Assembly: GCA_905612515.1 (NCBI GenBank)
Contig: CAJQSI010000046.1
Span: 9,505-73,504 of the forward strand
DNA: 64,000 nucleotides
Origin: an uncultured Opitutales bacterium
Lineage (GTDB): Bacteria; Verrucomicrobiota; Verrucomicrobiia; Opitutales; Seribacteraceae
Reading direction: 5' to 3'
Notes under the pieces: model-generated
Databases searched by the model: none
What the model saw: only the letters and a program-made list of their open reading frames with translations
Told to the model about the DNA's origin: nothing
Part shown: piece after piece, positions 1 to 8,678 of the stretch
Layout of the letters: every line of letters begins with the position of its first letter
How positions within the stretch are numbered: the stretch's first letter is position 1
Position numbers and translations under genes: made by a program

Positions 1-242
1 TCGCCGAACAATGCCAAACGTCGGGCAACCACATAGCCGCCGAAAAGACCACAACTGACACCCATGAAGACGGAACCAAGAACTGCATTGCGGACGGCTG
101 CGTCACGCAAGCTGAGGAAGCGAAAGGTCTGCTCACTCCAATCCAGATCGGTCACGTCCCCGATGCGGGTGGCATGAACTAACGCAGGAAAGGCAAAAAA
201 GACCAGCAATACAAAAACCGGGCTTATTCGTGGAACCTTCAT
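1..242 (-). CDS. metal (Mn/Zn-type) ABC transporter permease, ABC-3 family; N-terminal part only, runs off the window
   Basis: Own minus-strand translation from ATG 242..240: MKVPRISPVFVLLVFFAFPALVHATRIGDVTDLDWSEQTFRFLSLRDAAVRNAVLGSVFMGVSCGLFGGYVVARRLALFG. It shows the G..G.F.V.RR.A..G pattern typical of ZnuB/MntB/TroC permeases. The ATG directly follows the stop of the ATPase gene. Confidence 0.8.
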   Translation of the reverse strand, partial: MKVPRISPVFVLLVFFAFPALVHATRIGDVTDLDWSEQTFRFLSLRDAAVRNAVLGSVFMGVSCGLFGGYVVARRLALFG

Positions 243-1037
243 TTATAGCTTGGGATTGCCTTCTTCCTCGAACTCCGAGCGACCAGCCGCTTGGCCGGCG
301 ACGTCCGACAGGATGGTGAGACGACCTCCGTAGGTTTTTTGCAAAAGATCGGGAGTGAAGGTTTCCTCCATTTCCCCATAAGCCACAAGTCGCATGTTGA
401 GCAGCATAAGCTTATCAAAATATTCGCGGGCAGAGGAAAGATCGTGATGGACTACGATGAGGGTTTTGCCCCGCTCCTTCAGATCTCGCAACAACTCCAC
501 AATCGCTGTCTCGGTAGCGGCGTCTACACCGGCAAAAGGTTCGTCCATAAGATAAAGGTCGCTCTCCTGGGCAAGAGCTCGGGCAAGAAAGACACGCTGC
601 TGCTGCCCGCCCGAGAGATTGCCAATCTGGCGATCTGAAAAAGGCTGCATATTCACTTTTTCCAAACATTCGGAAGCAATCCGGCGATCTCGCTTACTGA
701 CTCGCCGCATGAGCCCGGCATGGCCATATCGTCCCATAAGAACAACGTCCATAACGCTCACGGGAAAGTCCCAATCTACCGATTCGCGCTGCGGAACGTA
801 ACCGACACGCGTGACTGCTTTCCTGTATGGTTGGCCAAAGATCTTCACCCATCCGCCATTAGGCTGCACGATGCCCATGATGGTCTTGATCAGGGTAGAC
901 TTACCAGCCCCGTTCGGCCCTACCACGCCGACCAACGATCCAGCCTCAACAACGACATCCACACCATAAAGAACTGGCTTGCGATCATAGGAAACCGTGA
1001 GGTCGTGAATCTCCAGTGGAGGAGGAATATGAACCAT
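243..1037 (-). CDS. metal ABC transporter ATP-binding protein (ZnuC/MntA/TroB-like)
   Basis: Walker A GPNGAGKST, signature LSGGQQQRV, Walker B LYLMDEP. Packed between the SBP and permease genes. Confidence 0.9.
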   Translation of the reverse strand: MVHIPPPLEIHDLTVSYDRKPVLYGVDVVVEAGSLVGVVGPNGAGKSTLIKTIMGIVQPNGGWVKIFGQPYRKAVTRVGYVPQRESVDWDFPVSVMDVVLMGRYGHAGLMRRVSKRDRRIASECLEKVNMQPFSDRQIGNLSGGQQQRVFLARALAQESDLYLMDEPFAGVDAATETAIVELLRDLKERGKTLIVVHHDLSSAREYFDKLMLLNMRLVAYGEMEETFTPDLLQKTYGGRLTILSDVAGQAAGRSEFEEEGNPKL

Positions 1038-1038
1038 A

Positions 1039-2022
1039 CTATTTCAACCCTTCCACGATAGTGTTCACATTATGCTTCATCATGCCAGACCAGGTGCCTA
1101 TGTCGTATTGCTCGCCATCAGGTCCCTTTTCCAAACGACCCGGTCGGCCCATGGCGTCGGAAAACAATTCTCCTCCGATCTTCACGCCAGCTTCCTTGGC
1201 GATGCCCTCAATAATTGCAGGATTAACACTGCTTTCGACGAAAATAGCCTTCACTTCATGCTTTTTCACGAAGTCGACCATGGCGACTCGATCGGCAAGA
1301 CCTGCTTCGGTAGCAGTGGAAATGCCTTGGACGGCGAGGACTTCGAGACCAAAAGCACGCCCGAAGTAATTGAAGGCATCGTGACTGGTAACAAGATAAC
1401 GAGATTCTTCAGGCAAACCGCTTATGCGCACCTGTGCCCATTGGGTCACGGCGAGATACTCGGTCTTCAGTGCCTCTGCTCTTTCGGTATAGCCAGCCTT
1501 GCCCTCGGGATCATTTTCAGCGAGTGCATTACTGACGACATCGATACACTGGGACCAGATCACGGGATCGAACCATACGTGAGGATCCCAGTGTCCCTCA
1601 AACTCTTCAGGTTCAAGGAGTAATTCTTCGGGCACGTTCTCGGTTACCGCATAAGCTTTGGTTCCCCGGCGAGAGACCTTTGCAAAAACGTCTGCCATAC
1701 GACCTTCCAGCATCAGACCACTGAAGAAAATCAAATCAGCCTTGGCCAAGGTAGCCGCATCTCCCGCAGATGGCTTGTATAAGTGGGGATCTACGCCGGG
1801 ACCCATGAGCGCAATCACATCCAAACGGTCACCGGCTACAAACTTCACAATGTCCGTAACATGAGTGGTCGTTGAAACGACAACGAGCTTCCCGTCCGAA
1901 TTCCCCGCACCGCATCCGGCAAAAAACAAAACAGTAAAAATTGATCCAAGTCCCCGGAGTGCCACCAATCGACTCGTAACAAAAAAACGGAGCACTGAAT
2001 TTTTTGTATTAAAAGATTTCAT
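1039..2022 (-). CDS. metal ABC transporter substrate-binding protein (cluster-9 ZnuA/MntC/TroA family)
   Basis: N-terminal hydrophobic segment ending FFAGCG (lipobox-like), DPHVWFDP motif typical of this SBP family, first gene of the SBP-ATPase-permease operon. Confidence 0.85.
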   Translation of the reverse strand: MKSFNTKNSVLRFFVTSRLVALRGLGSIFTVLFFAGCGAGNSDGKLVVVSTTTHVTDIVKFVAGDRLDVIALMGPGVDPHLYKPSAGDAATLAKADLIFFSGLMLEGRMADVFAKVSRRGTKAYAVTENVPEELLLEPEEFEGHWDPHVWFDPVIWSQCIDVVSNALAENDPEGKAGYTERAEALKTEYLAVTQWAQVRISGLPEESRYLVTSHDAFNYFGRAFGLEVLAVQGISTATEAGLADRVAMVDFVKKHEVKAIFVESSVNPAIIEGIAKEAGVKIGGELFSDAMGRPGRLEKGPDGEQYDIGTWSGMMKHNVNTIVEGLK

Positions 2023-2036
2023 TTTGATTAGTCAAA
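2023..2036. promoter_or_regulatory. 14-bp palindrome TTTGA-TTAG-TCAAA abutting the SBP start codon; candidate DtxR/MntR-family operator
   Basis: Read directly from the sequence. It lies in the 73-bp divergent region between the metal ABC operon and the DtxR-family gene. A TTTGA half-site recurs at 2079..2083. Confidence 0.25.
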
Positions 2037-2095
2037 GTCTCTTCCTCGAATAATCTTGTGTCAATCCTTTTGGTATACTTTGATCGAGTCTTCGC

Positions 2096-2755
2096 ATGCC
2101 TAGCGCAACGGTAGAAAATTACATCAAAAAGATTCTCGTCCTGTCTCTAGACACGAGGGAGGGACAAGTGGGTATGGGAGAAATCGCCAAGGGACTAGAG
2201 GTAGCAGCAGGCACTGCCACTTCGATGATCAAAAACCTAGAGCGGTCAAAGCTCGTACGCTACAAATCGAGGCAGGGAGTAACCCTTACCGCAAAAGGCC
2301 GCAAGTTGGGCATGGACATGCTGAGGCGACATCGACTCGTGGAAACCTTCTTAGTAGAAACCTTAGGCCTGGACTGGACGGAGATTCATCAAGAAGCCGA
2401 GGAATTGGAACACGCAATATCGGAAAAGGTCCTCGATCGTCTGGACAAATTCCTCGGGCGACCTGAATACGATCCTCACGGCGATCCCATACCTACAAAG
2501 GACGGAAAATTTGCAGAACGGCGAATCCGCAACTTGTTGGAGTGCCAAAGTAAACAACCGCGCACAATCAAACTTTTGACTGACCAGAGCACCGATTTTC
2601 TGAACTTCGCAAGAAGGAAGGGATTAGTACCCGGAACCTCGGTCGAAGTTACCAACCGCGATTTAATTTCTGATGCGGTAGAATTGCGAGTTGGCAATAA
2701 AAAGCCTTTCACTCTCGGCTCGAAAGCAGCCAAAAAGATTTTAGTCTCAAGCTAG
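2096..2755 (+). CDS. DtxR/MntR-family metal-dependent transcriptional regulator with C-terminal FeoA/SH3-like domain
   Basis: 219 aa. N-terminal winged-helix start (ENYIKKILVL...), RHRLVETFL dimerisation/metal region, C-terminal GLVPGTSVEV...LRVG FeoA-like segment. Divergent from the metal ABC operon. Confidence 0.85.
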   Translation: MPSATVENYIKKILVLSLDTREGQVGMGEIAKGLEVAAGTATSMIKNLERSKLVRYKSRQGVTLTAKGRKLGMDMLRRHRLVETFLVETLGLDWTEIHQEAEELEHAISEKVLDRLDKFLGRPEYDPHGDPIPTKDGKFAERRIRNLLECQSKQPRTIKLLTDQSTDFLNFARRKGLVPGTSVEVTNRDLISDAVELRVGNKKPFTLGSKAAKKILVSS

Positions 2756-2918
2756 TTTTAGATAATTGGCATAGCCCCCGCAGGTCGTCAACAAGCAGTT
2801 CTTGAAGCATGTGGTATTAAGCAAAAGAGAAAAAAAGTCTTTGCAGGCCATTTGTTTTCCCTCAAGATGATTCTCCCTTTTTTTCGACCTCAAAAAACAT
2901 CTACAAACAACCCGAATT

Positions 2919-3962
2919 ATGGCGAGACCAGTAACCTTATTCACCGGCCAGTGGGCCGACCTTTCACTTCCCGACTTAGCCGCAAAGGCAGCTGAAATGG
3001 GTTACGACGGATTGGAACTTGCCTGCTGGGGCGACCACTTCGACGTGGACAAGGCGGCAGTCTCCAAGAAGTACTGCAACGAGCGGTGGGAAATCCTGAG
3101 CGACCATGGGCTGACCAGTTTCGCCATTTCCAGTCACCTTGTCGGCCAAGCCATTTGCGACCTCATCGACGATCGTCACAAAGCTATTTTGCCAGAAGAC
3201 GTATGGGGCGAAGGTGATCCCGAGAAGGTGCGTCGTCGCGCAGCAAAGAAGATGGCCAAAACCGCCAAGGCCTGCCGAAATTTCATCAATTGCAAACCTG
3301 GGCGCGGCAAAAAGGATGATTTCCCCGCGGTGGTGAACGGCTTTACGGGGTCGAGCATATGGCACTCAATCTATGCGTTTCCGCCAACCGACCAAGCTTA
3401 TTGGGAAAAAGGCTTTGAAGATTTCGCCAAACGCTTCGGCCCCATCATGGAGGAGTTCGAAAAGCATAACGTAAACTTCGGCTTGGAAGTCCACCCAACT
3501 GAAATAGCCTTTGACATCGCCAGTGCCGAACGAGCGGTAAAGGCCCTTAAGAACCACAAGCGTTTCGGCTTCAACTACGATCCTTCCCACCTAGGGTATC
3601 AAGGAGTAGACTATGTGAAATTCATCCGAGACTTCGCTGACCGGATCTATCACGTCCACATGAAGGATGCTTGGTGGGGTCATGGTGATGGTTCCGTTGG
3701 GGTATTCGGGGGCCACACAACATTCGCCGACCCTCGGCGCTTTTGGGACTTTCGGTCGGTCGGTCGAGGCGACATCGACTTCGAAGAGATTATCGTAGCC
3801 CTCAACGACGTCGGCTATAAGGGTCCGCTTTCGGTCGAATGGGAAGACAGCAGAATGGATCGCTTTCATGGAGCCGAGGAATCATGCGATTTCGTTAGGG
3901 AGCTTGCTTTCAAACCCAATGAAATGGCATTCGACTCAGCATTCGACAAAGACAACCAGTAA
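2919..3962 (+). CDS. sugar phosphate isomerase/epimerase (xylose isomerase-like TIM barrel)
   Basis: 347 aa. The [23 protein letters not shown] opening and HVHMKD motif are typical of the AP-endonuclease-2/xylose-isomerase-like TIM barrel family. Followed by two Gfo/Idh/MocA genes. Confidence 0.8.
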   Translation: MARPVTLFTGQWADLSLPDLAAKAAEMGYDGLELACWGDHFDVDKAAVSKKYCNERWEILSDHGLTSFAISSHLVGQAICDLIDDRHKAILPEDVWGEGDPEKVRRRAAKKMAKTAKACRNFINCKPGRGKKDDFPAVVNGFTGSSIWHSIYAFPPTDQAYWEKGFEDFAKRFGPIMEEFEKHNVNFGLEVHPTEIAFDIASAERAVKALKNHKRFGFNYDPSHLGYQGVDYVKFIRDFADRIYHVHMKDAWWGHGDGSVGVFGGHTTFADPRRFWDFRSVGRGDIDFEEIIVALNDVGYKGPLSVEWEDSRMDRFHGAEESCDFVRELAFKPNEMAFDSAFDKDNQ

Positions 3963-4009
3963 CGATGTCCGATCAAGCCATATAATTAGTCTGCCAGAAA
4001 AATAATGAT

Positions 4010-5170
4010 ATGAAACGTAAACTACGCATGGGAATGGTCGGTGGAGGTCGCGGAGCCTTCATTGGGGGTGTTCACCGAGCAGCCGCAAACTTGGACGGAC
4101 AATTCGAACTTGTTGCAGGGGCGTTCTCCTCGGACCCCAAAAAATCAAAGCTCTCCGGCAAGGACTTCTACGTCGATCCAAAGCGAACTTACGCAAGCTA
4201 TCAAGAGATGGCCGAAAAGGAAGCCGCCCTACCCGAAAACGAGCGTATCGACTTCGTGACCATCGTGGTACAGAACTACTTGCACTTCGAAGTAGCCAAA
4301 ACCTTCCTCGAGGCCGGCTTCAACGTAATATGTGACAAGCCGGTTACCTACGACCTTGAGCAAGCGCGTGAGCTTCGCAAGATCATCAAAAAGTCGAAAA
4401 AGGTCTTCGCTCTTACTCACAACTATACCGGCTACCCAATGGTTAAGTTGGCCCGTGACATGGTCAAGAAGGGGGAACTGGGCGAAATCATAAAGATTGT
4501 ATGCGAATATCCACAAGGATATGCGATCACTGCGCTGACCGGTGAGGACAAGGCGATCGCCAACTGGAGAGCCGACCCAAAAGTGGCGGGCATTTCCAAT
4601 TGCATGGGAGATATCGGCACGCATGCCGAAAACCTAGTCCACTACGTAACAGGCTTGGAAATAGACAAGCTATGCGCCGACCTGTCCGTGAACATTCCAG
4701 GTCGTACCCTTGACGATGATGGAAACGTCCTCGTCCGCTTCAAAGGTGGCGCCAAGGGTATAATTTACGCGTCACAAGTATCCAACGGCGACGAGAACGA
4801 CTTAAACATTAGAGTGTACGGCACCAAAAAGTCTCTCGAATGGCATCAGGAAGATCCAAACGAACTTTTAGTCAAAGATGCCCGAATCCCTCGCACGATC
4901 TATAGGAGAGGCAACGATTACATAACTGGAGCCGCTGCCGCAAACACGCGCATTCCATTTGGTCACCCCGAAGGCTTCATAGAGGCTTTTGCAAATGTAT
5001 ACAACGCCGCCGGCGTCGCCATTCGTGATGAGATCGCGGGCAAGTTCCCTCGCAAAAGCGGCTATGACTTTCCCAACATTAGGGACGGCATAATTGGAAT
5101 GGCTTTCATCGAGACTGTCGTAAAAAGCTCAAAGGCAAAGGAAAAGTGGGTCAAATTTCCCCGCATCTGA
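4010..5170 (+). CDS. Gfo/Idh/MocA family oxidoreductase
   Basis: N-terminal Rossmann motif MGMVGGGRGAFIG and EKP-like CDKP motif. 386 aa. Confidence 0.85.
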   Translation: MKRKLRMGMVGGGRGAFIGGVHRAAANLDGQFELVAGAFSSDPKKSKLSGKDFYVDPKRTYASYQEMAEKEAALPENERIDFVTIVVQNYLHFEVAKTFLEAGFNVICDKPVTYDLEQARELRKIIKKSKKVFALTHNYTGYPMVKLARDMVKKGELGEIIKIVCEYPQGYAITALTGEDKAIANWRADPKVAGISNCMGDIGTHAENLVHYVTGLEIDKLCADLSVNIPGRTLDDDGNVLVRFKGGAKGIIYASQVSNGDENDLNIRVYGTKKSLEWHQEDPNELLVKDARIPRTIYRRGNDYITGAAAANTRIPFGHPEGFIEAFANVYNAAGVAIRDEIAGKFPRKSGYDFPNIRDGIIGMAFIETVVKSSKAKEKWVKFPRI

Positions 5171-5175
5171 AAACT

Positions 5176-6261
5176 ATGGCTACCAAAGTAGGAATCATCG
5201 GCGCGGGCGGCATGCTCCAATACCACGCGGCAGGCTTTAGAGAAGCCGATGCCGACATAATCGCAATTTGCGATATGAACGAGGCCGCCGCCGCAAAAGC
5301 AGCGAAAGAATACGAGATTGCCAATGTGTTCAGCGACGTCTCGGAAATGCTTGAGCAGCAACCCGACCTGGAAGCCGTAAGCGTGATCACCCCCAATCGT
5401 TTTCACAAACCACTGAGCGTCCAACTCTTGGAAGCGGGCAAGCATGTATTCTGTGAAAAACCTCCCGCATTGAATGCCTCAGAAGTCTCTCAAATGAAAG
5501 ATGCCGCAGAGACAGCGGGTAAGACCTTGATGTTTAATTTCAACAACCGAGCAAGACCTGAGTCCTACGCCTTGCGGGATTACATCAAGGGAGGCGAAGT
5601 AGGTCGCATAAATTCTGCGCAAGCCAAGTGGATTCGACGTACGGGCATACCGGGGTTTGGCGGTTGGTTTACCAATAAGGAACTGTCTGGTGGCGGTCCC
5701 CTCATCGACCTTTTGCATATGGTTGACCTCGCCATGTACTACATGGACTACCCTGAACCACAATACGTTCTCGCTCAAACCTTCGACGATTTTATTACGG
5801 ACAAAGCGTTCAAGGGGCCGTGGGGGATACCCGACGTTGTCGATGGCGCTACGGACGTCGAGAGTGCGGCCCACGGCTTCGTACGGTTCGCAACCGGACA
5901 AGTTCTTTCCTTTCAGGTCTCTTGGGCCGAGATGAACAAACGTGAGGAAGTTTCCGTCACCTTTCAGGGCACCAAGGCAGGCGGCATGATTCGCAGGCTT
6001 TTTGGTTCGGATGGTCTCGATGAGACGGCAATCGACGATTGCGAGCTCTACGTACAGGAAAATGGTCGCTCGGTGAATCGCTCCATAATCACTGAGGCAA
6101 ACGAGGATATGGGACGTATCCGCGCCGCCCAAAATTTCATTCTTTCCGTAGAAGGCGCCGAAGCGCCACTGAACACACCGGATCAAGCTTTGTCTCTAAT
6201 GAAAACGATTGATGCAACCTACGAATCCGCCCGCACCGGGAAACCTGTCGAGATTGGATAA
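5176..6261 (+). CDS. Gfo/Idh/MocA family oxidoreductase
   Basis: Start moved to ATG 5176 (MATKVGIIGAGGM Rossmann motif), 5 nt after the previous stop. CEKP motif present. Confidence 0.85.
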   Translation: MATKVGIIGAGGMLQYHAAGFREADADIIAICDMNEAAAAKAAKEYEIANVFSDVSEMLEQQPDLEAVSVITPNRFHKPLSVQLLEAGKHVFCEKPPALNASEVSQMKDAAETAGKTLMFNFNNRARPESYALRDYIKGGEVGRINSAQAKWIRRTGIPGFGGWFTNKELSGGGPLIDLLHMVDLAMYYMDYPEPQYVLAQTFDDFITDKAFKGPWGIPDVVDGATDVESAAHGFVRFATGQVLSFQVSWAEMNKREEVSVTFQGTKAGGMIRRLFGSDGLDETAIDDCELYVQENGRSVNRSIITEANEDMGRIRAAQNFILSVEGAEAPLNTPDQALSLMKTIDATYESARTGKPVEIG

Positions 6262-6330
6262 ATTCACAGGCAAATAAATTTCGGCAAAGCCTATCCCGCA
6301 AGGCTTAAGAAGCTCCACCACATCCCGAAA

Positions 6331-6365
6331 AGCCGGCGTCACTCGACGCCGGTTTTTCTATTTTT
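6331..6365 (+). terminator. rho-independent terminator
   Basis: GC-rich hairpin CCGGCGTC-ACTC-GACGCCGG followed by TTTTTCTATTTTT, about 70 nt after the stop at 6261. Confidence 0.6.
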
Positions 6366-6437
6366 AAAGTCGATTGGAACTCGACAGACGCCATGGGGAT
6401 TTAATTAATCATCACCCACCCTTAACATATCAGTACT

Positions 6438-7931
6438 ATGAAAACTTTTAGGTCTTTGATTTTCTTGCTTTGGCTCAGCCTAGGCATCGCCCAAGCCGCA
6501 AAACGCAACGTCGTCTTGTTTGTAACCGACGACCAGAGTCCCGATTTCGGCGCTTACGGAAATCCTGCGCTAAAAACTCCGAATCTCGATGCTCTTGCCA
6601 CCGACGGAACTCTCTTCAAGAACGCCTTCTGCACGACCGCCAGCTGCTCGGCCAGCCGATCCGTTATCCTTTCGGGGCTACACAACCATGCCAACGGACA
6701 TTACGGTCATCAACATAGTTACCACAAATTCAACAGCTACGGAAACCTCATCAGCCTTCCCGTATACCTTTCTCATGGCGGCTATCGCACCGCTCGTTGC
6801 GGCAAATATCATGTGGCACCCGAAAGTATCTACAAGTTCGGCCAAGCCATCCCCGGCAACTCCCGTAGCCCCGTGGAAATGGCCGAAAACTCTAAAGCCT
6901 TTCTCACAGAGGATTCGGAAAAACCGTTCTTTCTCTACATATGCACCTCCGATCCGCATCGCGGAGGCGGTTCCGCCAATGAACTTCCCTACAAACCCGA
7001 CCGCTTCGGCAATCCAAAACCAGGATCCAAGGGCTATCCCGGAATCAAGGAGGTAATCTACGATCCCGCCAAGGTAAACGTTCCCGGCTTTCTGCCGGAC
7101 ACACCAACCTGCCGAGCAGAGATTGCTCAATACTACCAGTCTGTATCCCGAGTCGACCAAGGCATCGGTCGACTCATCGAAATTCTCAAGGAAACGGATA
7201 AATGGGAAGACACCCTTTTTCTCTTCATTGCGGACCACGGCATAGCTATGCCGGGGGCCAAGACCACCCTTTATGAAGGGGGCATGCGATCTCCCTGCCT
7301 AGTAAGAAACCCCTACTTGAAAAAAAGGGGCATCGCGACAGATGCCATGGTCAGCTGGGTGGATCTGGCACCAACGATTCTTGAATTTGCCAATGTACTC
7401 GACGGCAAGGGCAAGCTTACTCCATCTACCGAAAAAAGCCTCGGCATTGCCAAGATCAAAGGGGAGCAAAACGGTAGGAGATTAACCCCGGGCAAGTTTC
7501 ATGGTCGCTCGTTCCTTTCGGTTTTGGACAAAGAAAAAACCAACGGTTGGGATCAAGTAAACGCCTCACATACCTTCCACGAGATTACGATGTATTACCC
7601 CATGCGCGTAGTTCGGGAAAGGCGATACAAGTTGATTTGGAACATCGCCCATGGCCTACCCTATCCTTTCGCATCAGATCTTTGGGCGGCTCCCACATGG
7701 CAGGCGCAATGGATACAGGGGATGAGCGCTTCCTACGGAGCAAAGACCGTGCGAAGCTACATCCATCGACCCGCATTCGAACTATACGACTTACAAGAAG
7801 ACCCTCACGAAGGAAACAACCTCGCCGACTCCTCAAAACATGAGGAGCTTCTTGGTCGACTAAAGAAAAAGCTGAAAGCCTTTCAGACACAGACGAACGA
7901 CCCTTGGGTCATGAAGTGGCGCTACGAATAG
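6438..7931 (+). CDS. sulfatase (N-sulfoglucosamine sulfohydrolase-like), secreted
   Basis: Signal peptide, VLFVTDDQ metal-site opening, formylglycine motif variant C-S-A-S-R at nt 6645..6659, DHG downstream. Confidence 0.9.
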   Translation: MKTFRSLIFLLWLSLGIAQAAKRNVVLFVTDDQSPDFGAYGNPALKTPNLDALATDGTLFKNAFCTTASCSASRSVILSGLHNHANGHYGHQHSYHKFNSYGNLISLPVYLSHGGYRTARCGKYHVAPESIYKFGQAIPGNSRSPVEMAENSKAFLTEDSEKPFFLYICTSDPHRGGGSANELPYKPDRFGNPKPGSKGYPGIKEVIYDPAKVNVPGFLPDTPTCRAEIAQYYQSVSRVDQGIGRLIEILKETDKWEDTLFLFIADHGIAMPGAKTTLYEGGMRSPCLVRNPYLKKRGIATDAMVSWVDLAPTILEFANVLDGKGKLTPSTEKSLGIAKIKGEQNGRRLTPGKFHGRSFLSVLDKEKTNGWDQVNASHTFHEITMYYPMRVVRERRYKLIWNIAHGLPYPFASDLWAAPTWQAQWIQGMSASYGAKTVRSYIHRPAFELYDLQEDPHEGNNLADSSKHEELLGRLKKKLKAFQTQTNDPWVMKWRYE

Positions 7932-7946
7932 CTGAAACAGCCCAGA

Positions 7947-8546
7947 CTAGACGATTGTATTCGGGGGTATTTCAATTTGAGGCAAGGGAGCCTCGGATTC
8001 AACTTCTTCGGACTTCTCCTCTTTCGCAGGGGACTCGCTTGATTCAGCTTCTGGCTCACTTGAAAAAACTTCTTCCTCTTTCTCTACCTCCAGAACAGCA
8101 TCGGGTGGCTCCGCGCTCTCATCGCCGGGGGAATCCCATACTGAATCTACAGTAGTGTCCTCGGATTCCGCATCCTTAGTAAGATTTTCAAAAAAACGAG
8201 TCTGCCCATGTGACTCCTTATCGAAACGAGATTCGTCTTCTCGACTCTTCTCAACGTTCTTTACGAACTGGGTATGGTTGAATTGCTCAATGGACTCTTT
8301 TTCCATTTCGCATTCCTTGAATCGAGTCTTCAAAACGGACATTTTTTGTTGAATCTCGGCTTTCTTGGATTCGTCGTCCGTCTTAAAGGTCTTGAGTTCG
8401 TTGATTTCTTCTTTGAATCCGGAGATCTTATTGCGCAACTCGATCCTGTGCGCCCGGCGATCCTTGAACAACGGAGGCTTTCCGGGCTTGGGAGGTCTGC
8501 CTGTGGGCTTGGGAGGCTCGTCTTGCTTAAAGTGGTCTTCGCTCAT
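7947..8546 (-). CDS. hypothetical protein; Pro/Lys-rich N-terminus, coiled-coil middle, highly acidic Glu/Ser-rich C-terminus
   Basis: 199-aa ORF with no recognisable domain. Composition suggests intrinsic disorder. It is the only long ORF filling this interval. Confidence 0.5.
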   Translation of the reverse strand: MSEDHFKQDEPPKPTGRPPKPGKPPLFKDRRAHRIELRNKISGFKEEINELKTFKTDDESKKAEIQQKMSVLKTRFKECEMEKESIEQFNHTQFVKNVEKSREDESRFDKESHGQTRFFENLTKDAESEDTTVDSVWDSPGDESAEPPDAVLEVEKEEEVFSSEPEAESSESPAKEEKSEEVESEAPLPQIEIPPNTIV

Positions 8547-8678
8547 TGAATTAAAGAGAAACCTTATATTTTAGATTGTCAACTACCTCAGTAAATTTAT
8601 GGGTTCCTAATAATTTCAACTTTTAATCAACTATTACTGGAATTTCCATCCAGAAATCAATGGGAACTAAACCTAAGG

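Noticed and set aside
5479-6186. 235-aa antisense ORF inside the Gfo/Idh/MocA gene
   Set aside because: It is a shadow of a confidently assigned gene with no motifs of its own. The same reasoning applies to 18765..19352, 48962..49549 and 56310..56864.
8547-8678. Riboswitch or Fur box upstream of the TonB-dependent receptor
   Set aside because: The region is AT-rich and only 132 nt long. I saw no cobalamin-riboswitch core and only weak resemblance to a Fur box. It contains only short 4-5-bp palindromes (CTGGA...TCCAG).
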